A DNA stretch of 62,654 nucleotides, counting the filler, from Choristocarpus tenellus KU-1152 (Eukaryota; Protista; Phaeophyceae), in NCBI GenBank assembly GCA_964200185.2. It is 10 parts of 10 records of this genome, joined end to end, with 100 filler letters (N's around TTAATTAATTAA, not from the genome) between each part and the next. Parts side by side here need not be neighbours in the genome. Positions count along the whole stretch, not along the records: positions 53,104 to 62,654 come from CAXNAD020003587.1; 9 more parts are not named here. One strand, 5' to 3'. This document shows, in pieces, positions 61,655 to 62,654 of this stretch. Every line of letters begins with the position of its first letter. Positions within the stretch are counted from its first letter, which is position 1. Below the pieces are notes generated by a model that saw only the letters and a list, made by a program, of their open reading frames with translations, did no database searches and was not told the origin of the DNA. A program made the translations under genes and the position numbers.

Positions 61655-62654
61655 GGTTAAGTTGTATACTAGAAGGCTGGACAGTCAGAGAATCCATAAG
61701 GGGTTTATAAATCACATCGGCGTCGCCCATTAGTTAAAAAATACCTTGTTAGGAGTAACCTCTACATCAATTTTGTCGTACCGTAACTATTATCAACAAC
61801 GATTTTTTCATGATAATTCGTTTGTTGTAATCGCATAATCATGCTTAATCTTATTCGATGGATCTTGGTTGGCCAACTTGCAGTAGTAATCGTGAGAAAT
61901 ACAGGGCCATACTTAAATAAAGTAATCCGCGCGCATTTCGCGCGGTAGTGCAACGCGGCCTGCGTGAACCCCGAATGTAAGAACGATTTTGACGCCAGAA
62001 GAGGCCATCCTCACCTGGAGAACATGCTCGTTGCCTCTCCATTCTCTTTCCATTATTTCCCGTTTATGCGATGTTGTCACCTGCTGACTAAGGCTCACTT
62101 ATGGGGGCCCAGGCCTCTGAACCAGACAATCATCCAAGTCCAGTGAGGTATTCTGAAGGTGCAGGCCTCCTGTGAGACTTGAATGTCTTGTACGCCCTGT
62201 CCAATTTGGTACACTCCATACCTTTCTCGTTGAAATATATCAAGTGGTAAGTAATGCTCAACCTGAAGAACCTCTCCACAATTACTCTGGACAGCCCTCC
62301 TTCCTCCTTAAGATTGACAGGAATGTTGGCTCTCATTCCAGGCAACATGCAGTCACAGTGGCTTCGCACATAGTGCTTCGCCTGCACCTAGATCTCTATC
62401 GGGTTTAATTCACAGTGGTACTTTGGAAACATCAAGCAGTGTCCTCGACGACGCTCAACCAGAATCGTGTCCTGTGAGTAGCTTAAACAGTATTAAATGG
62501 AGGTTAGCCCCCACGTACCGTTTTGGCCGGTACCAATCTTGGGTTTTTTAAACGGCTGCCCAACGAGTTAATCGATGTTTAGCATATTTTTATTATTATG
62601 CCCTCTGACATTTTGCAGATGTGTCAGGGGGGAAACCAATCAAAACTATATATA

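Overview
Eukaryotic nuclear DNA, intron-rich with GT-AG introns and TTAGGG tracts; the gene and transposon types suggest a stramenopile, probably a brown alga (inference). The window is not contiguous. It is 10 contigs joined by nine artificial 100-nt N44-TTAATTAATTAA-N44 linkers, so adjacency across linkers means nothing. Host genes: an AIG2-like/gamma-glutamylcyclotransferase gene, a divergent Gly/Gln-rich orphan, tRNA-Thr(UGU), 3' exons of a FAD4/TMEM189-type desaturase, a partial ankyrin-repeat gene, an intronless GRAB-domain golgin (GMAP-210/Rud3 type), the last exon of an NCKX/SLC24-type exchanger, and a complete 6-exon pICln gene. The first ~23 kb is mostly decayed transposons (plant-type mariner, Copia, Gypsy, RTE-like LINE, CRE-like, Sola2-like). 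The most notable items are: (i) three related short non-autonomous element (MITE) families with G(A/G)G termini, the main one with 3-bp target-site duplications (TSDs), alongside Sola2-like transposase relics; (ii) a spliced, recently inactivated ParB/Srx-like + HTH-like gene; (iii) a possible decayed virus-like block beside the tRNA. All family assignments come from motifs recognised by eye; no database search was run.
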